This document shows positions 39,163-47,147 of a stretch of DNA of 57,811 nucleotides, piece by piece (position 1 is the first letter of the stretch; each line of letters starts with the position of its first letter). The stretch is from a virus. Its lineage: Duplodnaviria; Caudoviricetes. The position numbers and the translations under genes are program-made. The notes beneath the pieces are model-generated. The model was not told the origin of the DNA and made no database searches. It saw only the letters and a list, made by a program, of their open reading frames with translations. The stretch lies in IMG/VR virus record IMGVR_UViG_3300044641_001974, positions 1 through 57,811 of that record, one strand, 5' to 3'.

Positions 39163-39269
39163 TATGAATCCTAACTAGTTAGGATTCATAGTCAAGGGCT
39201 ATCGGCTCAGCCGAGCCGATAGCTAATTCCTAATTAGCTATCAACTATCAGGGCTCACGCCCTGATAGT
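39163..39269. repeat. Cluster of four abutting or overlapping inverted repeats
   Basis: 28-bp perfect palindrome 39163-39190; 11-bp stems at 39198-39223, 39218-39242 and 39244-39269. Confidence 0.9.
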
Positions 39270-39278
39270 AACAATCAA

Positions 39279-39494
39279 CTAGACAGCTACCTCGTCTAGT
39301 GTTAGGTCAAACAGGTCACGCCCGCACAATCCGTAGATTGTGATAATAGGTGGCGTGTCCTGAGCCAGACACGCAAACACTCCCGTGATAAATGCTTGCT
39401 GGTGATTCTGATACTTAATCGTATTACGCTTAAGTTTGTTACGCTTTGCGTAAGCTACCCATTCAATAGCTATTTGTTTACCTGTGACTTTCAT
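39279..39494 (-). CDS. Small early hypothetical protein, about 71 aa
   Basis: ATG at 39494 after an AGGAGAAATCAGA leader. Confidence 0.6.
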   Translation of the reverse strand: MKVTGKQIAIEWVAYAKRNKLKRNTIKYQNHQQAFITGVFACLAQDTPPIITIYGLCGRDLFDLTLDEVAV

Positions 39495-39551
39495 TCTGAT
39501 TTCTCCTGTGGTTACACGGGGATTAATCCCCGTGTAAGTATTATACATCAA
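39495..39551 (-). promoter_or_regulatory. Repeated element 1: TGTATAATAC + 26-bp palindrome + AGGAGAAAT RBS
   Basis: TTACACGGGGATTAATCCCCGTGTAA at 39512-39537. Confidence 0.8.
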
Positions 39552-39752
39552 TTAAAACCAATCGTCACTATTTTCAGTATTACCAATATCTTCCAGACTA
39601 GTAACTAGCCCGTCGAAATCTTCAGTTTCCCCCAGCAGGTCTGCTAGGGCAAATACAGTAGAACGCTCAATGCCCATACCATCAGCGAGCTGTTGCAAAT
39701 AATCCTTACGGGATTCATAACCATTAATTTCATAAACATTATCCATTCTCAT
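39552..39752 (-). CDS. Small acidic early hypothetical protein
   Basis: NGYESRKDYL...EDFDGLVTSLED; follows a repeated leader. Confidence 0.6.
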   Translation of the reverse strand: MRMDNVYEINGYESRKDYLQQLADGMGIERSTVFALADLLGETEDFDGLVTSLEDIGNTENSDDWF

Positions 39753-39805
39753 TTCTCCTGTTAAGTAATCACGGGCATATGCCCGTGATTAGTATTATAC
39801 ATCAA
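39753..39805 (-). promoter_or_regulatory. Repeated element 2
   Basis: TAATCACGGGCATATGCCCGTGATTA at 39766-39791, next to GTATTATACATCA. Confidence 0.8.
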
Positions 39806-40149
39806 TATTCAGAAGTCAACAGTAAAACATTGTCAGTAAAGTAAAAACGATACTCTCCATCTGGGCAATCAGTAAAACTGATTTCCTTGTTCCAGAGCGT
39901 GGTTAGGTTTCCGTCAGTTGCAACAATCGACGCTTGCTCATTGGCTACTGTCATTGTGATGGAAAGAAAACCCTCTTTCTTTTGCAACGGAAATAATTCC
40001 GTATCCACAATGTCTAAGAACCAATACGCCCCAGCTTTTTCGGCGAAATACTTTACGCCGTCAGTATAAACAGTATCGTGCATCAGGTTATGGCGATACC
40101 AGTTTTCCGTGCCTGTGAAATTACTTAAGTCATTTACTAGCATTCTCAT
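39802..40149 (-). CDS. DUF6876-like early protein
   Basis: FTGTENWYRH...YTDGVKYFAEKAGAYWFLD...VLLLTSEY. Confidence 0.6.
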   Translation of the reverse strand: MRMLVNDLSNFTGTENWYRHNLMHDTVYTDGVKYFAEKAGAYWFLDIVDTELFPLQKKEGFLSITMTVANEQASIVATDGNLTTLWNKEISFTDCPDGEYRFYFTDNVLLLTSEY

Positions 40150-40200
40150 TTCTCCTTTAGTAAGCATGGGAATTATTTCCCATGCTTGTATTATACATCA
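40150..40200 (-). promoter_or_regulatory. Repeated element 3
   Basis: AAGCATGGGAA-ttat-TTCCCATGCTT at 40162-40187, then GTATTATACATCA. Confidence 0.8.
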
Positions 40201-40536
40201 GTCAACAGAAACAGTAAACGACATATCTTTAACCACTCTAATTATGTGGTCATCATCTACTTCAATCATCTGCTGGATGCTCTCTTCGTAATCATAGATG
40301 TCGAAGTTGTTACGAGCCCAATGGTCACAGATTGACTCACCCTCTTCGTTGACCAGCTCCCGCACCTTGATATCAAATTCGTCGCTGTCCAAAAGATGGG
40401 CACTAACATTTGCCATTACTTCCTTGGCTACTGCTTTGACCAGAGCATCGAACACACTCTCCAATGGAGTGAGTGGGGTACTGCAGTCAATCGTAGCTAC
40501 TGGGGTTTGTACTGCTGTGGTTTCAATAACAGTCAT
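40198..40536 (-). CDS. Acidic early hypothetical protein, 112 aa
   Basis: ORF following the repeated leader; strongly D/E-rich. Confidence 0.6.
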   Translation of the reverse strand: MTVIETTAVQTPVATIDCSTPLTPLESVFDALVKAVAKEVMANVSAHLLDSDEFDIKVRELVNEEGESICDHWARNNFDIYDYEESIQQMIEVDDDHIIRVVKDMSFTVSVD

Positions 40537-40591
40537 TTCTCATTTCTCCTTTAAAGTACGGGAACTATTCCCGTACTTGTATTATACACAA
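40537..40591 (-). promoter_or_regulatory. Repeated element 4
   Basis: AAGTACGGGAA-cta-TTCCCGTACTT at 40554-40578, then GTATTATACACA. Confidence 0.8.
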
Positions 40592-40637
40592 TAAAAGACA
40601 ATAAGGTAAAGAATTATTAACATTACTATTGCTGTGG

Positions 40638-40940
40638 TCATTCCTCTTGGCTCTCTCTTTCTTCTACTAGTGCTGCAGGCCAGTAAGCAATGAACCCCCG
40701 CCCCATGCTATCGAGCTGGGGCGCCGGAGTTATTGATCCGGACGGATCACGATCAAAGTACAGTGCGCGAGCCATCTCAAATCCCAGCTCGAACAGCTCG
40801 TTCGAGCTGTTGAGTTCAGTACTCAGACATACCCGCCCGCTCATACCACGGCCCGAGTATGTCCGAACACCTTCGGAGAAATTCGTTTGGTCCAACAAGC
40901 CAAGCACGTGCTTGGCTGTTTCGTTTAAAGGCTTAATCAT
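40638..40940 (-). CDS. Early hypothetical protein, about 100 aa
   Basis: YSGRGMSGRVC...DSMGRGFIAYWP; ATG at 40940. Confidence 0.55.
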   Translation of the reverse strand: MIKPLNETAKHVLGLLDQTNFSEGVRTYSGRGMSGRVCLSTELNSSNELFELGFEMARALYFDRDPSGSITPAPQLDSMGRGFIAYWPAALVEERESQEE

Positions 40941-41229
40941 CTTGGCTCTCCTCAGCAATGATGTCGTTCCACGTTTCAACAAAGTGCATGGCAATTTCGT
41001 GCCAATTGATCTGGGCAACAAACGCCCTGGCGTAGTCTAAAGTGAGGCCTTCCTCGCAAGGTCCGCCGAGAATTTCATCTACGTATTCGCTTAAATACTC
41101 AGCAATCTCCCATGGGTCTGGCTCACAATAACGTGTAAGCATGGGGATGTTAGTGCAGTCCCAGCCATCAAAAACTTCCAAATTAATACGCCATGTGGCG
41201 TAATTTGTCCAACCGTTATATGTACTCAT
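40933..41229 (-). CDS. Conserved phage early protein (YNGWTNYATW family)
   Basis: YNGWTNYATW...INWHEIA. Confidence 0.6.
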   Translation of the reverse strand: MSTYNGWTNYATWRINLEVFDGWDCTNIPMLTRYCEPDPWEIAEYLSEYVDEILGGPCEEGLTLDYARAFVAQINWHEIAMHFVETWNDIIAEESQDD

Positions 41230-41306
41230 TTCTCATTTCTCCTTAAGAATGCCCTACACCTGTAGGGCATGTCTGTATTATACACAGGGATAAATCCCTG
41301 TGTCAA
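41230..41306 (-). promoter_or_regulatory. Repeated element 5 with full promoter TTGACA-N18-TATAAT
   Basis: The spacer is itself palindromic (CACAGGGATTTATCCCTGTG); stem ATGCCCTACA/TGTAGGGCAT at 41249-41270. Confidence 0.85.
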
Positions 41307-41310
41307 CACT

Positions 41311-41757
41311 CTACCAGCTAGACCTATAATGGAACTGCCATTTGTCGTCAAACGCTTGCAAGGCTTTGTCTAAGCCCTGCACAGTTCCTTCGATGTCATT
41401 CCAGTACCATTCATCGTACTCAGTAGACCCAAAGAAAAAGCCGTCAGCCGTGGGCAAGGTTTCTTCTGCCATTTCCCTTTGTGTGCAAAGCTTTGCACAC
41501 AAATCACGGAGCTCAACTAATTGCTCACGCTCCACGTAGTAACGCTGGCAATTATCTTCGCCACCTTGAATGTTTTCCACAAACCATTTGTGGATTGCAT
41601 TGGCTTTACGCCAATACATGGCTTCTGCTTCAACAGAATTGACACGCATTCTTTCTCCATCTAATTGCAAACCCAAGAGGTTTGCAACTTCATCCGAGAT
41701 TGGTTTCTCGGATGACCAAATGTAACGCTCTGCTGTTAAGTACATATCTAAACCCAT
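41311..41757 (-). CDS. Conserved phage protein (MGLDMYL / YWRKANAIH family)
   Basis: MGLDMYL...YWRKANAIHKWF...GFFFGSTEYDEWY...YRSSW. Confidence 0.65.
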   Translation of the reverse strand: MGLDMYLTAERYIWSSEKPISDEVANLLGLQLDGERMRVNSVEAEAMYWRKANAIHKWFVENIQGGEDNCQRYYVEREQLVELRDLCAKLCTQREMAEETLPTADGFFFGSTEYDEWYWNDIEGTVQGLDKALQAFDDKWQFHYRSSW

Positions 41758-41811
41758 GGTAATTCTCCTTAATAGTTTTTGGTTATCACGGCCTTCGCCG
41801 TGATAGTTTGG

Positions 41812-42039
41812 TTAATAACTCTGTCTTGCTTCTGCTTGGTGTTCTTCCATTAATTGCTTACGCAAATCAATGGTGTCTTGCAAAGACTGAATAGTCTTTT
41901 TAAGGTCAAAATTGTGCTCGGAAAGTTCTTCGAGCAAATCGCCGTCGTCGTAGGCTTCAACAACCAAATCCCAACCTTCGTTGTAGTGGTCATTAGCATA
42001 CTTACGAATAAACTGAATACAGGCTTGTTCATCTTTCAT
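41812..42039 (-). CDS. Small early hypothetical protein
   Basis: YANDHYNEGWDLVVE; follows a repeated leader. Confidence 0.55.
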   Translation of the reverse strand: MKDEQACIQFIRKYANDHYNEGWDLVVEAYDDGDLLEELSEHNFDLKKTIQSLQDTIDLRKQLMEEHQAEARQSY

Positions 42040-42100
42040 TTCTAATTTCTCCTTTGGTTAATGGTTCATGAATCATGAACCATGATTGTATTATACACAA
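42040..42100 (-). promoter_or_regulatory. Repeated element 6
   Basis: ATGGTTCATG-aat-CATGAACCAT at 42061-42083, then TGTATTATACACA. Confidence 0.75.
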
Positions 42101-42235
42101 TCATAAATAATTAGCATAGGGATTTTCCCCTATGCTCATGGCTCATGGCTCACGCCACAAGTTTCGTGGCTCAAGGGGCAGGGGCGAGGGGGCTAGTTTG
42201 TGCATACGCAATATACTGCTTAAAAATTAAGCAAC

Positions 42236-42272
42236 AAATAAAAATCCCTTATAGTTCAAAGCTATAAGGGAT
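42236..42272 (-). terminator. Probable terminator
   Basis: 11-bp stem ATCCCTTATAG/CTATAAGGGAT followed by a T-rich run on the minus strand. Confidence 0.6.
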
Positions 42273-42303
42273 AAGTTTTTAATAGTTTATTGTTATTAAG
42301 AAT

Positions 42304-42819
42304 TTATGCTGTTTTGGGTGTTTTCCAGCCAATGTTTTGCAAATCTGCAACCAATCCAGCAATCGCTGGTAGGGTTTTGCATCTGCTTCCATCAATTTCA
42401 GGCAAATACTTTGCAAACTCTGGCAACGCTTCCCGTGCTGTCTTGACTGTCGTAAAGCTGTCAATCACGCCACGCAACTTAGTTTCCAAATCCCAACGCT
42501 TTTTCTGCTGTTCGTTTTCCTGCTTTTTCAAATAATCAATCTCAGCAAGAAAATCCATATCCGTCACAACACAATCCATTGGAATTAAAGGTGAAGAGAA
42601 CCAGCCCAAATACTCACTACCATAATATAGGCTAACGCAATTTTGCCCAACATACTTTTTGGTTTTTGGATTGTCATAAACCTTTTTAACCTCAGCAGGG
42701 GCAATCTGATAGAAATACTGCTTTACCCTGTCAGAAATTTGGGTGTTGTAGTCTACCAATGACGAGTCATCTAGAACCGATTTGATAAACGCTTGTTTGA
42801 TTGAATTGTTTAATCTCAT
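42304..42819 (-). CDS. Nmad5-like (nucleotide modification associated domain 5) protein
   Basis: MRLNNSIKQAFI start and C-terminal TTVKTAREALPEFAKYLP pattern; recognised from memory. Confidence 0.55.
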   Translation of the reverse strand: MRLNNSIKQAFIKSVLDDSSLVDYNTQISDRVKQYFYQIAPAEVKKVYDNPKTKKYVGQNCVSLYYGSEYLGWFSSPLIPMDCVVTDMDFLAEIDYLKKQENEQQKKRWDLETKLRGVIDSFTTVKTAREALPEFAKYLPEIDGSRCKTLPAIAGLVADLQNIGWKTPKTA

Positions 42820-42875
42820 TTCTCATTTCTCCTAAAAATAGCACGGGGATATTCCCGTGCTTGTATTATACACAA
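42820..42875 (-). promoter_or_regulatory. Repeated element 7
   Basis: AGCACGGG-gatatt-CCCGTGCT at 42840-42861, then TGTATTATACACA. Confidence 0.8.
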
Positions 42876-43541
42876 CCCTGATTATTGTTGTAAAGGTCTT
42901 TTAGTAATAAATCCTCTTGAATTCGCTTTGCCCATTCATCTGTCATTTCTTCTCCAGCATGGTGAAGTAATTCATCTACTAAATCGCTGGTCGGGGTGTC
43001 AAATAATTGGTCTAGCATGTGCTCAGCAATTTCAGGGTGATAACGCTCATGGATAGCGTGTATGCTCATAGGGTTAGACATTTTCCTTCTCCAAAATAAG
43101 TTTTTCAATTTGTAAAATGTGTGGCATGTCCTTCATGCCAATTCCACCTGTTTTAAGTTCAATCAATAAACTGCGTAGTCTGGCTACACTCCAACAATAA
43201 TAATTAGGCATTTTGAATTTCCTCAGCAACATAAACATACCTATCCCAATTTGGGTCGCTGGGGTCATCAAACTCTTCTTTTTCCAGAAGTGAATATCCA
43301 ATCCCCTCTGCATCTTCAAAACTCAGGGCTTCAACAACCTTCAATTGAGCAACCTTTTTAATTAGGTAAACCTCATACAGGGGCATTTTTATATCCCTTC
43401 ATAAAAGTAAGATTCAATATTGATGACCACAATTCCACTACTGTTGACCCATTTCATGTGGTCATTGAATGTGCCTATAACAGTTTCATATCGCTGTGTA
43501 AGCTGGTCATACAGGTCAATTAAATAAAGTTGGCTAAGCAT
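42866..43541 (-). CDS. Run of four tiny ORFs (42866-43081, 43074-43211, 43204-43386, 43389-43541)
   Basis: Overlapping or abutting start/stop junctions; no recognisable motifs. Confidence 0.45.
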
Positions 43542-44124
43542 GTTGAACCTCCATTTTTGTTAACCACGCTGGGGTAGAAAACATTGTGTGCTCTGCCCGA
43601 TAGGGCATCATCAATCCAGCAAAGTAGTCAGGCTTACCAATGTCAACCAACGCTGTGCCTGTGCCATTGTGTCCAATAGTAGGCATGGGGTTTTTCATGC
43701 CCAATGCTTTGCCAACCTTCGTAAACCTTGCAATAAAGTCAGGATTAAATTGTGCAATCTCGCCTGATATTTTGCCCGTAGGAAATACTCGCATGTAGTC
43801 AGGGAATGTGCCTTCAATCCCGCTAAACCCAACATTGTCAATTACATACTTATCACCTTCTTTTGACAAAGTATGATGCAACGCTTTCTTATTTAGCTTT
43901 TCAATTACCTCATGGGGAACAATCACACGGAATGGCTCACCTTCGTCACCATTCTTATTGCTTTGTTGATACACGCCCAACAAATGGCCGTCAGTCGCAA
44001 CAGCACGGATTAGTTTGTTATCCACTTCCAACAATACCCCGTTCAGGTAATAACGAATATCTTTCTTGGCAGAAAGAATAGACATAGCATTCAGAACACC
44101 ACCATCAAAATATATATTTCTCAT
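43534..44124 (-). CDS. DNA polymerase III beta-clamp-like protein (partial, about 196 aa)
   Basis: DIRYYLNGVLLE...AVATDGHLL...IEGTFPDYMRVFP...FNPDF...LMMP match the central and C-terminal domains of DnaN. Confidence 0.75.
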   Translation of the reverse strand: MRNIYFDGGVLNAMSILSAKKDIRYYLNGVLLEVDNKLIRAVATDGHLLGVYQQSNKNGDEGEPFRVIVPHEVIEKLNKKALHHTLSKEGDKYVIDNVGFSGIEGTFPDYMRVFPTGKISGEIAQFNPDFIARFTKVGKALGMKNPMPTIGHNGTGTALVDIGKPDYFAGLMMPYRAEHTMFSTPAWLTKMEVQHA

Positions 44125-44168
44125 TTCTACGCTCCTTAAAAGGGTCAACCAATTTAACCCATATTTGT

Positions 44169-44196
44169 ATAATACACATTTATTCTAGGCTGTCAA
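44169..44196 (-). promoter_or_regulatory. Sigma70-like promoter TTGACA-N16-TATTAT
   Basis: Read directly upstream of the clamp-like gene. Confidence 0.55.
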
Positions 44197-44238
44197 GTAT
44201 CCACCATAAAATAATAAATCCCAGCAAAACTAAAAATA

Positions 44239-44883
44239 TCATATTGCCCCCACAGTCGCCCCAGCATACTTTGTGGCAAAAATCTCACGCTTTGCCCTAT
44301 GGATTAAATCAAACGCACCCTCTTCCCATGAAGTAGATTCATACATTCCAACCCACTCGTCGTAAATTTCTTCCCCGTCCCTGTGTGCCTGAACATGAAC
44401 AGATACATAATTCCAATCACCACAGATATAACCTTCAAAATAGGTTATCTCACGCTTTACTGCGTCAAGGGCTTTACGTTGTAAATCTGCTTTGCCTGTT
44501 TTGCCATTTTCATAATCCTTACGGGCTCTTTTCAAGGCTTCTGCAAAATTGTAGTAATAGTTTTCACGCCCATAGCTACGCACCTGAACATTTCCATTTC
44601 CAGCATTCTCTGCATAGCGTTGCATAGGCTTAATTGTGCCAAATCCTTCGCACCAATCCCACGGGGCTTCAGAACAATGGTCAGGAACAACCTCCAAAGT
44701 AATAGAACAGTTTCTAGGCAAGTCACGATAAATAATCTCAACAGGCTTACCATAGTAGTGATAGCTAGTATCCAAACACAGGTCAGCATACTTCTTCTGC
44801 ACACGCAACAACGCCAAAGCACCCTTCGCTGGTATGTCAGGTGAGGCCTTCCGGATTTTCATATATTCAGCAAACATTCTCAT
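44239..44883 (-). CDS. Early hypothetical protein, 214 aa
   Basis: AGGAGAAATGAGAATG leader; no clear motif. Confidence 0.6.
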   Translation of the reverse strand: MRMFAEYMKIRKASPDIPAKGALALLRVQKKYADLCLDTSYHYYGKPVEIIYRDLPRNCSITLEVVPDHCSEAPWDWCEGFGTIKPMQRYAENAGNGNVQVRSYGRENYYYNFAEALKRARKDYENGKTGKADLQRKALDAVKREITYFEGYICGDWNYVSVHVQAHRDGEEIYDEWVGMYESTSWEEGAFDLIHRAKREIFATKYAGATVGAI

Positions 44884-44889
44884 TTCTCC

Positions 44890-45746
44890 TTATTCAAAGT
44901 CTTTAGACACAAACACATTGTTTTTACGCAACAGGGCAATAGCATGGTCATTCAGACTCATCACCCCGTCGTACTCGCACAGCGATCTTTTGCCATCTTT
45001 GTCAAACTCAAACCACAAACCAATGTACTCAAACCTATCAATACTAGGTATATCCCATTCAATAAAACCTGTATTGTCTTTGTTGTAATAAAGTTCTAGG
45101 GTAGATTCGTGCTCACCTAATCCTCTTTCACCCCATGAACCTTCCAAAACCAATGGGGAAGTAACAGTCATCGTATCAATAAGTTCAGACATCTTTGTAC
45201 TCCTCTTCTTCTTCTTCGTAAATAAAATAAGGCACGTCCATATACTCACCCTCAAAAGGTACTGCCGTTACAAAATAATTAATACGATTAACAAGGTGAT
45301 ACCCACTACTGATATACAGATTGCCGTCGTCACCATCAATCAACGTCCAAATGCACCTTGGGTCTTGTGCTCTAACAAAATCTAAATCCTTACCATATGT
45401 TTCAAACTTATCGGTGACTGCGTTCATATCAATGTGGTTATCCATTGGCTGATACTTCAAGCACCATGCGTTAAATTCATCTTCCCAATCCATACTATTT
45501 CTCCTTTCTTAGATTAACTGCCTGCAACACTACTTCTTTGCCCCAATCCGCCATTTCGGTATCAGGGTTTATAGGACACGCAACAACAGAGAAAATACCT
45601 GTTTCGTGGTAGTCACAAATATTTATCTCATAGTCTGCAAACTTGTAGAACCAATCATTCTCTTTAAGAATCTCCTGCTTGTACTTGGAAAGCAAAAACG
45701 GAACACGCTCCCGTACAGGCAACGTTTCTATATCAACAACTTTCAT
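44890..45746 (-). CDS. Three small acidic hypothetical ORFs (44890-45192, 45185-45493, 45495-45746)
   Basis: Each has an AGGAG RBS; e.g. FETYG...IWTLIDGD...GYHLVNRINYFVT. Confidence 0.55.
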
Positions 45747-45793
45747 ACTATTTCTCCTTTCTAAAGGTGCTCAATTCTGTAGAGCACGGGATT

Positions 45794-45821
45794 AGTATAA
45801 TACTAATTAAAACTATGTCAA
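45794..45821 (-). promoter_or_regulatory. Sigma70-like promoter TTGACA-N16-TATACT heading the early array
   Basis: Followed by a GTGCTC/GAGCAC stem and an AGGAGAAAT RBS. Confidence 0.55.
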
Positions 45822-46223
45822 CAACTTTTTTCTAATTTCTGACCAATCAACAGAAGAAGCTAAGTATCGTAGTAAAAACGGAGCATCTATACCCCGTTCA
45901 AAAACCTCGATCGCTCTCCTTCCCTCATATAGTGACAGATAATTTAGAGGTCCACCTAGCAGTTTATGTTGCACCAAAATAAATACAGGCGCTCCCATTT
46001 TGGAGTGCTTGATTAGAAAAGAAATTTGGTGCGGGCTGAGATTTACCTTCTTTCCTTTTTGCACCACCTTGAGCTCCATCATCACAAATAACCCTTCAGG
46101 GTCTAGGGCTATCAGCATGTCGGGTATACCTAATCCCGTCCTAGATTCAAGCCTTGTTATGTGACTCTTTGGCAGGTTCTGCTGTACTTTCTTCCCCAGC
46201 AGACTCTCCGGTTTCGTCGTCAT
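45813..46223 (-). CDS. PD-(D/E)xK nuclease (VRR-NUC / Holliday junction resolvase-like)
   Basis: E...RLE...GIPD...ELK...LSPHQISF. Confidence 0.7.
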   Translation of the reverse strand: MTTKPESLLGKKVQQNLPKSHITRLESRTGLGIPDMLIALDPEGLFVMMELKVVQKGKKVNLSPHQISFLIKHSKMGAPVFILVQHKLLGGPLNYLSLYEGRRAIEVFERGIDAPFLLRYLASSVDWSEIRKKLLT

Positions 46224-46848
46224 CTTCTATTTCCATTTCAAAAGGGGGTTCTTGTTCGTTGACAACAGACATTTCTACAGTCTTAGAATCAACATCCAGA
46301 ATAGGTTGGGGCGTTCCACCATAAATCTTTCTAAGTTCATTCAGTTTGCGTTCTACCTCTTCTTTGCTCATGGAATCAATCGACCCGTGCCTAATCTCTT
46401 TGCGATCTACATAAATCGTACCCAAGGCCTGACCCCTGCGATACTCGGCCTGAACAGCAGCACCATATGCTCCCGCTTCCAAGGCCTTATCCCGAATCAA
46501 CTGCAAATCCCGCATATGGCGATCAAAGTTTGTTCCATACTTGGAATTTAGTTCTGCCCGATAAGATTGGATAGCAGATACCACATGGGGGCTCAGGGCA
46601 GGGTTTGTAAGTTTCCACGCCATCGCTGAGGCACTCTTCTCGTTATATCCAGCACGAATCGCTGCTTCTTTCATGGTAACGTGCCCGTCGCCCGACACGA
46701 GCTCCTGGACAAACTTCCATTCCTTACCTTTTACAGTTTTGCGTTGCTTACGCAAAGGGGCTACTTCAGTCGCTAATCTCTTAGCTGTCTTGTTTACCCG
46801 AATTGGTGCAACATTCCAAACGTCTTTCTTTCCCACCTGCTTCTCCAA
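46147..46848 (-). CDS. terS: Terminase small subunit
   Basis: KFVQEL...EAAIRAGY...SA...L HTH pattern, AAVQAEYRRG, IDSMSKEEVERKL. Start uncertain. Confidence 0.7.
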   Translation of the reverse strand: MEKQVGKKDVWNVAPIRVNKTAKRLATEVAPLRKQRKTVKGKEWKFVQELVSGDGHVTMKEAAIRAGYNEKSASAMAWKLTNPALSPHVVSAIQSYRAELNSKYGTNFDRHMRDLQLIRDKALEAGAYGAAVQAEYRRGQALGTIYVDRKEIRHGSIDSMSKEEVERKLNELRKIYGGTPQPILDVDSKTVEMSVVNEQEPPFEMEIEDDDETGESAGEESTAEPAKESHNKA

Positions 46849-46859
46849 AAAATGGTTCC

Positions 46860-47145
46860 TATAGTCTTTTTTTTGATAGGAGTGAGTTTTTTAAATTCAA
46901 AATTTCAGCCTCACGGTCCCCCCAGAGAAATTACGTTACTGTATTTTGGTGTAATGGTAACGTAAGCCTCCAAACCCTTACTGGTATTGACTTATTACGG
47001 CATTACGTCTATTACGTCTATTTTCACAAAAAAAATATTTTTTTTCATCATGCCCGTAAAAAAGTCTATATACCCCCGTTTTTTGCCTATTTTTTAAGCA
47101 ACTCATGTATATCCATACAGTAGTTGCCTATTTTTTAAGCAAATT
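46860..47145. repeat. AT-rich non-coding region with iteron-like repeats (possible replication origin)
   Basis: Inverted TTACGTTAC/GTAACGTAA; ATTACG(T/G)C x3; 19-bp direct repeat at 47083-47101 and 47124-47142. Confidence 0.6.
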
Positions 47146-47147
47146 GC

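Noticed and set aside
40785-40809. 10-bp hairpin CAGCTCGAAC/GTTCGAGCTG inside an early ORF
   Set aside because: Single coding-region instance with no flanking box or U-tract; may be chance.
39279-42875. CRISPR array interpretation of the repeated elements
   Set aside because: The intervening segments are 200-700 bp ORFs, the repeats vary in sequence, and no cas genes are present.
39279-45821. Classical integron
   Set aside because: No tyrosine recombinase in the window, and the hairpins lack RYYYAAC/GTTRRRY core sites. Kept only as an analogy.
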